Assembly: GCA_963675595.2 (NCBI GenBank)
Contig: CAXXLZ010000002.1
Location: 2,656,001 to 2,720,000, forward strand
Reading direction: 5' to 3'
Length of the DNA: 64,000 nucleotides
Source of the DNA: Thermodesulfobacteriota bacterium
Lineage (GTDB): Bacteria > Desulfobacterota > Desulfarculia > JACQYL01
Both the position numbers and the translations under genes were made by a program. The notes under the pieces were generated by a model that was not told the DNA's origin, made no database searches, and saw only the letters and a program-made list of their open reading frames with translations. This document shows, one piece after another, positions 30,086 through 40,218 of this stretch (positions are counted from its first letter, which is position 1; every line of letters starts with the position of its first letter).

Positions 30086-32625
30086 GGCTTCCTCCGTGCG
30101 GTATCGGCGGATCGGGCGCTCAAGCGCCGTCGCCGAATTGGAATGTGTCCGTTGATCCTGCGCGTTTGAAGAAGGGATTGGGCGGCTTCACATTTCATCG
30201 GCTCGATAGTGCGGCACGGCGAACATAGCCGCATTGCCTCACAAGAATATTGTAGTCAAAATGACCTATTGAAACAACGAGGGGATTTCCGCTCATCCCT
30301 GACGGATTTCATGAACGAAAGGCAATCCGCTCTCCGTCCCGCAAGGAAGTCCGATGCCGGGCGCAGCATACGGCACGTTTCCTTCGATCGAACCGTTGAA
30401 ACACCGCAGAACCCGGGTTTCGGCCGGGGCGAAGCCTTCCAGCCGGCACATTCTCAGGTTGGGGGTGGACAATGGGCCAATGGCATTGTAATAGGGAGGT
30501 CCCTGGTGTATTAGGAAGCCCGGTGTTCTGAACGCGATCCGGTGTAAGCGAGCCTGCGCCCCCGCAAATACCGGTTTGACCCGTCATTGGGCCCACTCAC
30601 CGCTTACGGTGCATAGACCTGTTTCGGAAGATGCAACAATCACCGGCTTGCAGCCTCACGCTTACCCGACCATTTCCGCCTTTGAGCAAGGGATACGACT
30701 TCCCTTTCGGCGCAGGCTCCCACACACACGGGAGAGCCCATCCACCTGACCCTGCGCCGGATCGACCCGGACGTCCGGCCGGCTCACGGGAAATGCCGAA
30801 AGGGTTCGGGGTAATGCTTCCGACCACCTTGGTCGATGCGACCTTAAACGGGACGCACGAACGAGTCTTCTAACAGGAGTTTCAGAGTTGGCGAAGAAGA
30901 CAGTACTCAATTAGCTGAAATCAAGACATAAATCAGCTTTGAAGTTGTAGAACCGAACCGTCGTTTATTGTGTATCCAAGGGCGTTCAGCACCTTGGTTT
31001 GGATGTCGTTGGGCTCCTCGATTTGGACGGACGGTTGTGTGGCGCCCTTCTGCCAGCTCAAGATGGAGTTGAGACTTGCCATTTCTTCGATGAGCGTTTT
31101 TGCGGTTTCGGACCCACCGACCTTGAGTTCGAGGAGTCTCAGACATGAGAGGGCGATGATACACGTCAAAAGATGACAGCGGATTTTGCTGTCGGTCCAA
31201 TGAAACATCGGGTTGATCCTGACGTGGCATGGAGCCTTGCTCACCCGAAACTGCTGCTCGATGCGGTATCTGTCAAGGGAAGCCTGGACGATGGCCTCGG
31301 TATCCCAATCATGATGGTCGGTGACGATGAGATTCTTCCCCATGACGGCCTTCGCCGCCTCGATCTCCGCATAGTCCCTTCGGAAGCTCATGATCTCTTC
31401 CGTGAAAGCCAAGCGATAGAATTTGTGACTGATATGAAGCTGTTCACAGACCTTGTGATAACGGGTGGTGATGGCTTTAGGGTTTCGCCATTGAGGTTCC
31501 CGGTCGCGGAACTTTTGCCGGAATTGGACGAGTTCCGTTTTCAGTTGATCCAGTTTCCGGCTCATATCGTGAAGTTTTTTGCGTTTGGTAACCGGGTTGA
31601 AGGTGACCACCACGGTGCGCTCCCGACCCCATAGGGTCAGCTTGGTCCGGTAGGCGGTGAGTCTGTCCTCGGGGCGTTCTTCGGCTTCGAGCCGATGGTT
31701 TTTGGGGATATCGAGAACCAGGAAGTGCTCGGGATTCAGGGCGGCCAGATGGTCGGCGAAATAGGTGGAATAGGTCGTAATGAAATAGATTCGGCTTTGG
31801 GCATCGATGCGGGCCATGTTTTCTTTTGAATTCATGCCCTTGTCAAAGACGACGGTAAGGGTTTTGTTTCCGTCCGCAAAGCCGAGGATCACGCCGAACA
31901 GCTCGTCGAGAATCCGCTCGAACAGCTTGGAATCATGGAGGTTGCCGGGATAGACCTTGTAATGGATCGGCAATGAGGTAGTGCGATCCGTCAATAATCC
32001 GAGGCCGACTTGCCGCAGGTGGTGTTTTCCGCTCTTGTTGTAACCCCTTGCCGCCAAATCGGAACCGGTCTTGGTGGCCATGTAGGTGAAATAGTTGGTG
32101 GTGTCGAACAGCACGGTGTCGGGGTTCTGCCGGCGACCCGTCCAGAGCCTTTGGAGGAAAAGCCGACCGGCCTTCTCAACCTGTTCCCTGGAAACGCGAT
32201 CCCACTTCTCCCAGTAGCGCTCGGAGGTCAGTTGAGTCAAATCCACTGGACGAATCTGTTGGACGGCGGTCTTTCGGTACCATTCCTCAAGGGAGCGCTT
32301 GCTCTTGGGAGCGATCATTCGGTTGGCCCAGGCGTAGTAGAAATACTCGCCCACCGTGGGGCCGGTTTCGTTACGCCCTCTTGGGACAACACTGTCGATG
32401 ATGCCGATCGTATCCAGTTCTTGTTCCAGGGCATGAGCCACGAAGAGGGCCCCAAAGGACTCTGTTTTAAGTCTGGACGGCTTGCCCGAAGTCTCGGCTT
32501 CTTGGAGTTTGGCGAGGATGGTTTCCGGGGTTCCGAGATACTTTTGCCACTTCACTTGGACCTTCCCGCCGACGCGGTGGACCTCACGAAGATACCAGTA
32601 GGTTCTACCCTTGAAGGTCTTCTTA

Positions 32626-34175
32626 CTAGAGTTTAGAGTCTGGCGACCCTTGGTATAGGAAAAATGCGAATAAAGACAACAAAGTACTTGACATTGCCGC
32701 GCGGATGCGCGGCCGCCTTTGGCGGCCCTTTAAGGAAAGAAACCTTTCCTTGGGGGTCAACCAATGGATTCGACGGCTCAAGCACTTATGCTCCTATCGC
32801 AGTGGATTTCCTTTCTATTTCAGGCCGTTCCGTGCAGAATAGCTCCGACTCTTCTGGAACTCCTGATGGGATGTATGGTCTGCCGCGGCGGCCATATTTC
32901 TTCCGCGCTTCTGGCCGTTCGGCCCCAGTTGTCCTGGACCGCCTATTACAAGGCCATCGAAAAGGGCCGATTCCAATGGCTTGCGCTAGCCCGGCAATGG
33001 ATGCGCCTGATCCTGAAACGGATTCCAAACCGATCCATCGAGTTCGCCATAGACGACTTCCCTTTGCCCAGATCGTCCAAGAAAGCTCCCTGCGCCGGTT
33101 GGCATTACGATCACGCGCACCGGCCCAACCGCCCCAAATTCCTGTGGGGACAGCTTCGGGTTTCTCTGGCTGTCATCTGCCGCCACAAGGGCCGGGTAGC
33201 CGCGTTTCCCCTCTTGTTTCGGCTCATCCGCAAAAAAGGGAACACCACCAAACTGGACGCGGCGCGGCTCTTGATGTCCGTTCTCATGACTTGGCTGCCG
33301 GATCGCTTTCTCATTATTCTGCTGCTCGATGCCTGGTATATGAAAAGCTCCCTGGTGGTTCCCCTGATTCGCGATGGTGTGACGGTCATCGGCCAAGTCC
33401 GCAAAGATACCGCCCTGTTTTTGCCTCCGGACAATCCGCCTCGGAAGAAACGGGGCAGACCCAGAAAGTATGGGGAAAAACTCACGTTGGAAAACATCGG
33501 ACGATTCTGTCGTCCGGTGGAGAAAACCCTCTTTGCCTACGGCTCGGAACGAGTTTTCCAGTTCTACCAAACCAAAGCCAAAGTCCGCTTCCTGGACGGC
33601 CGGTTGTGCAAGATCGTGTGGTGCCGGTTTATGTCCGACAACCCCTCTTGGTCCGATTGGCATCTTCTGATCAGTACCGATCCCGACATGGACGGCGCGG
33701 AAGTGATTACACGCTATGCACGACGATGGTGGACCGAGCCCATGTTCAACGAGATCAAGCACCTGTTCGGACTGAAAAATGCTTGGCAGCAGACACGGCA
33801 GACATTGGCTCGATGGAGCATGATCTTGTGCCTGGCCTACGGCTTGCCACGGCTCTTGGCGCTCTGCCTGGGTCCCAACGCGGCCTATACGATGTTTCCA
33901 ATCCCTTGGAGAAAGAACAGGCCCGCCACCGCCGGCTGGATGGCCGCAGCCATCGGTCGTCTTTTCGGCAACTTAAACGTGCGAGCCATGTGGAACCGGA
34001 AATCCAAAAAATTCCAACCGGAATTCACCGATTCTCCGGAAGACTTGGGGCGCGCTGCCTGATATCCGTGTTCAGTCAATCATCTCAAAGCCTTACGTCA
34101 ACGGTATTCAACCCGTCTTGGAGAACTATGCTCTTCTATACAAACTTGGCTGCCCCGCATGGCTCTAAACTCTAG
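32626..34175 (+). mobile_element. Nested IS4/IS701-like (DDE_5) insertion sequence, 1550 bp
   Basis: Perfect 13-bp IRs CTAGAGTTTAGAG / CTCTAAACTCTAG. 8-bp TSD TCTTCTTA (32618-32625, 34176-34183). Confidence 0.92.
32764..34062 (+). CDS. DDE transposase (IS701/IS4-like)
   Basis: AIDD, LLDAWY, RGRPRKYG and YARRWWTEPMFNEIK motifs. Confidence 0.9.
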   Translation: MDSTAQALMLLSQWISFLFQAVPCRIAPTLLELLMGCMVCRGGHISSALLAVRPQLSWTAYYKAIEKGRFQWLALARQWMRLILKRIPNRSIEFAIDDFPLPRSSKKAPCAGWHYDHAHRPNRPKFLWGQLRVSLAVICRHKGRVAAFPLLFRLIRKKGNTTKLDAARLLMSVLMTWLPDRFLIILLLDAWYMKSSLVVPLIRDGVTVIGQVRKDTALFLPPDNPPRKKRGRPRKYGEKLTLENIGRFCRPVEKTLFAYGSERVFQFYQTKAKVRFLDGRLCKIVWCRFMSDNPSWSDWHLLISTDPDMDGAEVITRYARRWWTEPMFNEIKHLFGLKNAWQQTRQTLARWSMILCLAYGLPRLLALCLGPNAAYTMFPIPWRKNRPATAGWMAAAIGRLFGNLNVRAMWNRKSKKFQPEFTDSPEDLGRAA

Positions 34176-34400
34176 TCTTCTTATACAAATGCGGCATAAT
34201 CGAATTATGCCTAATAGGTTCTACATGTCAAGAGGAAAATCGATTGTCGTTGAAAAATAAGGCGCTTAGATCAGGATATCCGGGGCGGGAAGGTAGGTTC
34301 TACGTATCATCGAGAGGTAACTACCCGAAACTATTATTGAATTTGCCGTTACAAAAGATTATCCCTGAAACTCCTGTCTAACGGTTTCGCAGGAGTTGAT

Positions 34401-35906
34401 ATGCGAACAAATGTCGAAATAGACCCCCTAACTCGCATCGAGGGGCATCTGGCGATACGGCTGGACGTACAGTCGGGAAAGGTTGTTCAGGCTTACAGCT
34501 CCGGAGAGATGTTTCGCGGTTTTGAAGCGATTCTCAAAGGACGTCACCCCATGGATGCCCAGCAGATCACGCAGCGAATCTGCGGAGTCTGCCCCATATC
34601 GCACGGGCTGGCCTCCATTGGAGCGCAGGAGGAAGCTTACGGCGTCAGACCGCCGGAAAACGGACGTCTGGCCCGCAACCTTATCCTCGGAACCAATTAC
34701 ATCCAATCTCACATCGTTCACTTCTACCAGTTATCGGCCCTGGATTTCATCGATATCACCGCCATATTAAAATACTCGGGAGTCGATCCCCTGCTGAACG
34801 GGCTCAAATCCTGGGTCAAATCCCAACTGGATTCGAACGGCATTTTTCCCGCGGCGCCCTTTTTGCCGAGATATGAAGGCCGGTATGTGGAGGACCCCGA
34901 GATCAACATCGGCGCCGTCCGCCACTATCTCGATGCGCTGGAATTTCGGGCTCTGGCCCAGGAAGCCCTGGCCGTGTACGGCGGCAAGGCCCCTCATGCC
35001 ACCGCCCTGATCCCGGGCGGTATTACCGAAAGGATCACCGCCGCCAATATCTCCAAGGTCGCCTCCATCGTAAACAGCCTCCAGGCGTTCGTGGAAACCG
35101 TCTATCTGCCCGATGTGGTGACCGTGGCCAAGTCCTTCCCGGATTACTTCGAGATCGGACGTGGTTGCGGCAATTTTCTCGCCTTTGGAGTTTTTCCCGG
35201 GTCGGACGGGTCCAAATTGCTTCCCGGCGGTCGACTGGCTCAGGGGAAGAAGGCGGATTTCGACCCCGGAAAAATCACCGAGGACACGGCCAGATCCAAG
35301 TTTTCGTCGCCCTCCGGTCTGCACCCCTATGAAGGACGGACCGAACCCGCCCCGGACAAAGCCGAAGCCTACTCATGGCTCAAAGCTCCCCGTTACGACG
35401 GCAAGCCTCACGAGGTCGGCCCTCTGGCCCGGATCCTGGTCGCCTACACCAACGGAGACACCCGGATCAAGAAACTGGTCGATGGTGTTTTACAGAACCT
35501 TTCCCTACCTGTTTCGGCCCTGGATTCGGTCATGGGACGACACGCGGCCCGTGCCTTGGAATGCAAAATCGTGGCCGATCAATGCGGGCATTGGGTTCAG
35601 GAGCTCAAAGCCGGCGAACCCGCCTTTACCGACTTCGAAATCCCCGCCTCGGGCAGAGGCGCCGGACTGACCGAAGCGCCTCGCGGAGCCTTAGGCCACT
35701 GGCTGGAAATCAGGAACCACAGGATATCCAATTATCAATGCGTGGTGCCTTCCACCTGGAATTGTTCCCCCAGAGACGCGGCCGGGGTACCCGGGCCTGT
35801 GGAGACGGCTCTGGAAGGCACTCCGGTGGCCGATCCGAAAAACCCGATCGAGGCGGCCCGCGTCGTCCGATCTTTCGATCCCTGCTTGGCTTGCGCCGTC
35901 CATTGA
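34401..35906 (+). CDS. [NiFe]-hydrogenase large subunit, HysA-like but Cys-containing, with no C-terminal extension
   Basis: TRIEGH, L1 motif RICGVC, EAPRGAL, and L2 motif DPCLACAVH followed directly by the stop. AGGAG RBS. Confidence 0.96.
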   Translation: MRTNVEIDPLTRIEGHLAIRLDVQSGKVVQAYSSGEMFRGFEAILKGRHPMDAQQITQRICGVCPISHGLASIGAQEEAYGVRPPENGRLARNLILGTNYIQSHIVHFYQLSALDFIDITAILKYSGVDPLLNGLKSWVKSQLDSNGIFPAAPFLPRYEGRYVEDPEINIGAVRHYLDALEFRALAQEALAVYGGKAPHATALIPGGITERITAANISKVASIVNSLQAFVETVYLPDVVTVAKSFPDYFEIGRGCGNFLAFGVFPGSDGSKLLPGGRLAQGKKADFDPGKITEDTARSKFSSPSGLHPYEGRTEPAPDKAEAYSWLKAPRYDGKPHEVGPLARILVAYTNGDTRIKKLVDGVLQNLSLPVSALDSVMGRHAARALECKIVADQCGHWVQELKAGEPAFTDFEIPASGRGAGLTEAPRGALGHWLEIRNHRISNYQCVVPSTWNCSPRDAAGVPGPVETALEGTPVADPKNPIEAARVVRSFDPCLACAVH

Positions 35907-35920
35907 TTAAGGAGACGCGG

Positions 35921-36844
35921 ATGTCGGATATCAGCCGTCGTGATTTCATAAGGATGGGGGTCACTCTGACCGCGGCATTGGGTCTGAGTACCACCCTGGT
36001 GCCCCGTGTGGCCGAAGCTCTGGAGGAGTTGGCTTCCGGGCAGGCCCCCGTGCTTTGGCTCCAGGGACAAAGCTGCTCCGGATGTTCGGTCTCGTTCCTC
36101 AATTCCGAGCACCCCTCCCCGGCCGAGGTCTTGACCGGATACATTTCCCTCCTGTTCCATCAGACCATCTCCGCAGCCACCGGCCATACGGCCGTAGACA
36201 TCGTCAATCGCTCCATTGAAAAAGGCGGGTACTACCTCGTCGTCGAAGGGGCCATGCCTTTGGGCATGCCTCAAGCCTGTCTCATGGGCCACGAACCCGT
36301 GATCGACCAGGTCGCTCGCGCCGCGGCCAAGTCCGCGGCCGTGATCGCAGTCGGTTCGTGCGCCGCCACGGGAGGCATTCCGGCGGCCGAGAACAATCCC
36401 ACCGGAGCGGTTAGCGTGCCTGAATTCCTGAAGAAGAAGGGAATCAGCAAACCGGTGATCACCCTTCCGGGGTGTCCCGCTCACCCTGACTGGCTGATCG
36501 GAACCATTGTCCACGTACTCAAATTCGGCCTGCCGGCCTTGGACGCCCTCGGGCGCCCCAAGGTCTTCTACGGCCGCCTGATCCATGAGCAATGTCCCCG
36601 ATTCGCCGACTACGAGCGTGAGAATTTCGCAAGAAGTTTCTCCGATGAGGGCTGTCTCTTCAAACTCGGGTGCCTGGGTCCCATCACCCATGCCGATTGC
36701 ACCGTCCGTCACTGGAATCGGGGAGCCAACACGTGCATCAAAGCCGGCGCTCCCTGCATCGGGTGCGCAGCCCCGGACTTCGCCCGCTCGGCCGCACTGC
36801 CGTTCTACCGCAAGGGTGAACCTTCACGTGAGAAGGAGGCCTAA
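35921..36844 (+). CDS. [NiFe]-hydrogenase small subunit with Tat signal peptide
   Basis: SRRDFI twin-arginine motif, CSGC, GSCA, PGCP, HEQC, CLFKLGC, and [11 protein letters not shown]. No C-terminal TM anchor. Confidence 0.95.
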   Translation: MSDISRRDFIRMGVTLTAALGLSTTLVPRVAEALEELASGQAPVLWLQGQSCSGCSVSFLNSEHPSPAEVLTGYISLLFHQTISAATGHTAVDIVNRSIEKGGYYLVVEGAMPLGMPQACLMGHEPVIDQVARAAAKSAAVIAVGSCAATGGIPAAENNPTGAVSVPEFLKKKGISKPVITLPGCPAHPDWLIGTIVHVLKFGLPALDALGRPKVFYGRLIHEQCPRFADYERENFARSFSDEGCLFKLGCLGPITHADCTVRHWNRGANTCIKAGAPCIGCAAPDFARSAALPFYRKGEPSREKEA

Positions 36845-36845
36845 G

Positions 36846-38435
36846 TTGAAGCTGAACGCCAAGCTGATCCTCTCCCTGGTCGTGGTGCTCATGGTAACCG
36901 TGGTCGGCGCCCAAGCCGTTCAATACTTTTGGACCGTAAGCCTGGTCTCCAAAATCAACGAACACAATCTCAACCTGATCAGGGACGGCCAAGAACAGCA
37001 GGCCGCCAATCTATCCGTTTCCGTGATGCGCGGCATCGAAGGTTCCCTGGTCAGGGGAGAAATGGAGAAATTCACCCGTCTGCTGCAATCCCTCAACGGC
37101 GTGGAAGGCCTTCAAGAAGTCTCCCTCTTCGACGCCGGAGGCAAGGTCACCCACTCCTCCAAACCCGAATTCATCGACCGACAAATTCCGGGCGACATCC
37201 AGGCCGACGTGTTCGGCCATGCCGAAGAATACAAACGCGAGACGGCGGAATCCCTCGAGATATACCACCCTCATCTGGTGATCCCCGATTGCATCCGGTG
37301 CCACACTTCCTGGAAAAACAACAAAATTCGCGGAGCCACCATGCTCCGCTTTTCCAAGGAAGCCCTGGTCAAGGCGCAAGGCGAAGCCGAACACGCGCTG
37401 GCCGTCGCCAAGTCGAATTCCATGTGGTCCGCCGTCATGGCGGTGGCCGCGGTGGTGATCATTTTCGTTGTGGGAATGCTGATCACGGTCAGTAAATTCG
37501 TCGGCCGACCCATGGGCAAATTGGTGGAGATGTTGGAGCAATACGATGTGGATCTAACCCTTGAGATGCCCATCCAGTCCAAAGACGAGATCGGAACGGC
37601 TGCCCGACTGTTGAATCGATTCGTCAACAAACTCAATCAGGTCATCGGCCAAGCCCAGAAAGCGGCCACGGCGGTGGGCGAACACGTGGGCGGCCAAGCC
37701 GCGGCCATTGAACAACTGGCCTCTTCCTCCGCCATTATCGCCCGAACCACCAAAGTCAACTCCGACAACTCCCGTCAGGCTGCCGATCTGATGAACCAGG
37801 TCAGCGATAAGGTCGGACGGGCCAACACCACTATCGCTTCCCTGAGCGAGGCCATGATCGGATTGTCCGATGCCGGTAAGCGCGTCGCCGAAATCATGAG
37901 AGTCATAGACGACATCGCCTTCCAAACGAACCTGTTGGCTTTGAACGCGGCTGTGGAAGCGGCGAGAGCGGGAGAGGCCGGGGCCGGTTTCGCGGTCGTT
38001 GCCGACGAGGTACGCGCCCTCGCCCAGAGATCCGCCGAGGCCGCGGGAAACACCTCCGAACTCATGGAAGCGACTCTTGAACGAATCGAACACAGCAACG
38101 GCATGGTCGCCTCCACCAATGAGATGTTCGATGAAATCACTCGGCAGATCGACGCGGCAAACAAGCTCATGGCCGATATTGCCGAAGGTTCCACCGAGCA
38201 GGCCGAGGGCGTGGATCAGATCAACAGCACGCTCAATGAGGTGGACCGGACCACTCAGATCAATTCCGCCCAGGCGGCGGGTCTATCGGAGACCATGTCT
38301 ACGTTTCAGACTTCTTACTCCAAGACGGCATTTCCCGGGGGCCGCACCGGCGGCGGGCGCAAGGCCATCGAGTACAAGCCGAACGCGCCGGCATCCAAAG
38401 AATCCATGCTCCTTGATTCCAATACGGAATTCTAA
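36846..38435 (+). CDS. Methyl-accepting chemotaxis protein with a periplasmic c-type heme sensor domain
   Basis: TTG start 1 nt after the small-subunit stop, with an AGGAGG RBS. TM1, periplasmic domain with CIRCH, TM2, HAMP, and [23 protein letters not shown]. Confidence 0.93.
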   Translation: MKLNAKLILSLVVVLMVTVVGAQAVQYFWTVSLVSKINEHNLNLIRDGQEQQAANLSVSVMRGIEGSLVRGEMEKFTRLLQSLNGVEGLQEVSLFDAGGKVTHSSKPEFIDRQIPGDIQADVFGHAEEYKRETAESLEIYHPHLVIPDCIRCHTSWKNNKIRGATMLRFSKEALVKAQGEAEHALAVAKSNSMWSAVMAVAAVVIIFVVGMLITVSKFVGRPMGKLVEMLEQYDVDLTLEMPIQSKDEIGTAARLLNRFVNKLNQVIGQAQKAATAVGEHVGGQAAAIEQLASSSAIIARTTKVNSDNSRQAADLMNQVSDKVGRANTTIASLSEAMIGLSDAGKRVAEIMRVIDDIAFQTNLLALNAAVEAARAGEAGAGFAVVADEVRALAQRSAEAAGNTSELMEATLERIEHSNGMVASTNEMFDEITRQIDAANKLMADIAEGSTEQAEGVDQINSTLNEVDRTTQINSAQAAGLSETMSTFQTSYSKTAFPGGRTGGGRKAIEYKPNAPASKESMLLDSNTEF

Positions 38436-38436
38436 A

Positions 38437-38561
38437 AGGTTTATGAAAAACGCGATCTGCGGCGCGCGTTGCGCTTCACCCCTCGTCACCAGGGCGTACC
38501 CTATGTACGCCTCCTTCCTCGGGACTTTCGCGCCGTACATCTCATCGTTTTTCATAAGCCT
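38437..38561. repeat. MITE/REP-like palindromic element (125 bp)
   Basis: Terminal IRs AGGTTTATGAAAAACG / CGTTTTTCATAAGCCT and an internal GGCGTAC/GTACGCC hairpin. Shares the 17-mer AAAACGCGATCTGCGGC with 17024-17040. Confidence 0.7.
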
Positions 38562-38788
38562 GCGCGAAGGGAACATCTTCAACGGGGGGTTGGGGCGCCG
38601 TTGAGGGAATTCTCTAGTTCCGAGGCCAAGCAATGGACCGGCAAACGACTCCGAGCCCTCTCCCGATTCACCCCGACGGCTTTCAGACCACCGACCAAGG
38701 AAAGGAAGTGCCCACGGCATGCTCGCCCCGGGCGGACTCCCGTGGGATGATTACGCATCATAGATTTCAGACAAGGAAAGGAGAACTC

Positions 38789-39211
38789 GTGCAATCCAAA
38801 ACCATCTCTCAAGGAAGTCCCGGCGAAAAATTCATCACCGAATCCAAGACCATCACCGAAGCGGAGGAAGCCGACTTCTGCCGGATCACGGCCAATACGC
38901 TTCCGATTTTCCTCTCAGACGAAGCCGCGCAAGCCAAAGGCTGGCCGCGTCGGCTGGTCCCCGGCGTAATGACCATGTCATGCAGTATCGGGCTGCTCGA
39001 ACAGGCGGGATTTCTCGACGACGTCGTCGCTTTCATGGGTGCGGATAAGCTGCGGTATCTGGCGCCGGTATACATCGGCGACACCCTGCACGTGGAAGTG
39101 GAATTTATAGAGAAACGCCCCATCAAAGACGGCAGCCGCCATGTGATCATCTATGATTTCAAGACGTACAATCAAGACGGGGTCGCGGTGCTCGCAGCTC
39201 AGAACAGGTGA
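38789..39211 (+). CDS. MaoC/hotdog-fold protein (possibly extends to 39220 via a Sec UGA)
   Basis: GGAG RBS and GTG start. Hotdog features RLVPG, LRYLAPVYIGDTL and NQDG. Confidence 0.85.
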   Translation: MQSKTISQGSPGEKFITESKTITEAEEADFCRITANTLPIFLSDEAAQAKGWPRRLVPGVMTMSCSIGLLEQAGFLDDVVAFMGADKLRYLAPVYIGDTLHVEVEFIEKRPIKDGSRHVIIYDFKTYNQDGVAVLAAQNR

Positions 39212-39433
39212 ATGTGCTGATCTCCTGTTTCCGGTCGGAAACAATTGGATTACAGCCGATGGGTCCTTCCCAAGTTGAAAGAGTTGGGGGAACCCTCCCC
39301 AAGACTTTTGGTATTTAACTACGTTGCACGGTGGCATGCCGCTCATTTTGCGAATCGCGTGCGCGATTCGCAAAAGCGCAATCGGGTTCTTGGGGGCCAT
39401 CGCTCCCCCGGCGGAAAGGCCGGCCCACAATTT

Positions 39434-39793
39434 TTATCGCTCTTTCAGCCTCCGCTCTCCCCTGCGGGATCGAAATACCACGACGCTTCCATAGGCAAAA
39501 TACAGTCCGGCCAGGCCCCTAAAAACACGAGTCGGCCATGCGGCGGGAATGAGGGTCGAAATCAGTACATTGCCGATCCCTGAAAGAAGCATGAGCCCCG
39601 AAAGAATCACCAAAGCGGCTTTGGACCCGCGAAAAGCAAACACCGCAAGCGCGGCGTAGATCACCACGGACGACCAGAGCAGGATCTGGAGATGCGGCGG
39701 TTCCATGGGGTGGGTAATCGAATGGATGCATTTCATCACCGGAATCAGGGTATAGAGTACAATCACGGTCTTGCGGTGAAAAAGCGCATTCAT
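39434..39793 (-). CDS. Small membrane protein (about 4 TM)
   Basis: Hydrophobic segments and a GAGG RBS. No family recognised. Confidence 0.55.
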   Translation of the reverse strand: MNALFHRKTVIVLYTLIPVMKCIHSITHPMEPPHLQILLWSSVVIYAALAVFAFRGSKAALVILSGLMLLSGIGNVLISTLIPAAWPTRVFRGLAGLYFAYGSVVVFRSRRGERRLKER

Positions 39794-40218
39794 GGACCTC
39801 TTGATCCGGATCGGCATGACCATGGCAAGATTACTCCACATCTCTTATACTCACGGTTCTTTGTTTCGATTCCAATCCCCAAGCATATCCCCCTCGTTCC
39901 CCCGTACATGAGGCCTCCTCCTTTTTTCAAGCATTTCAGAGGTGACACGGCGACTCGGGAGCCAATACGACCAAACCGCATCGTCGATCTTCCCCACTGA
40001 TTCCGATACCCGCGGTCCGACACGGCAAATCAACCTTTCCCTTGCGGATCATTGGCTTTGACATGGTCCCCGACCCTTTGATAGATTTAGTATGACTTTT
40101 TTCGTTCCGATGCGGTGTTCGGAGTGATCCGATGGTCGAGCATGAACGCTCGGGGAGACGCGGAGCTCCCGTATGGGGAAGAATCCGGTGGTGAGTGTGA
40201 TGGGTGGGTGCAACGGTC

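Larger units (their letters stand above)
30933..34197 (-). pseudogene. IS1634 transposase interrupted near codon 8 by the nested IS
   Basis: The ATG at 34197 (MPHLYKK) joins in frame to TFKGRTYWYLREVHRVGGKVQVKWQKYLG at 32617 after IS removal. FDTTNY, VFDKGMNS and HWTDSKIRCH motifs. Confidence 0.92.
30874..34376 (-). mobile_element. Second, divergent IS1634-family element carrying a nested IS
   Basis: IRs CAGGAGTTTCAG (30874) / CTGAAACTCCTG (ending 34376). 5-bp TSD TCTAA (30869-30873, 34377-34381). Confidence 0.93.

Noticed and set aside
32664-34175. 503-aa ORF overlapping the nested transposase in another frame
   Set aside because: It has Arg/Pro/Ser-rich non-globular composition and no motifs. 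The 32764-34062 frame carries all the DDE motifs.
35870-35906. Hydrogenase large subunit as a [NiFeSe] enzyme
   Set aside because: The L2 motif is encoded with TGC (DPCLAC), not TGA. The TGA after His is the normal stop, followed by the next gene's RBS.
39245-39583. ORF in frame with the MaoC gene, suggesting double read-through
   Set aside because: The second TGA is too close to the hairpin for typical SECIS spacing. The extension looks non-protein-like and overlaps a convergent membrane gene.
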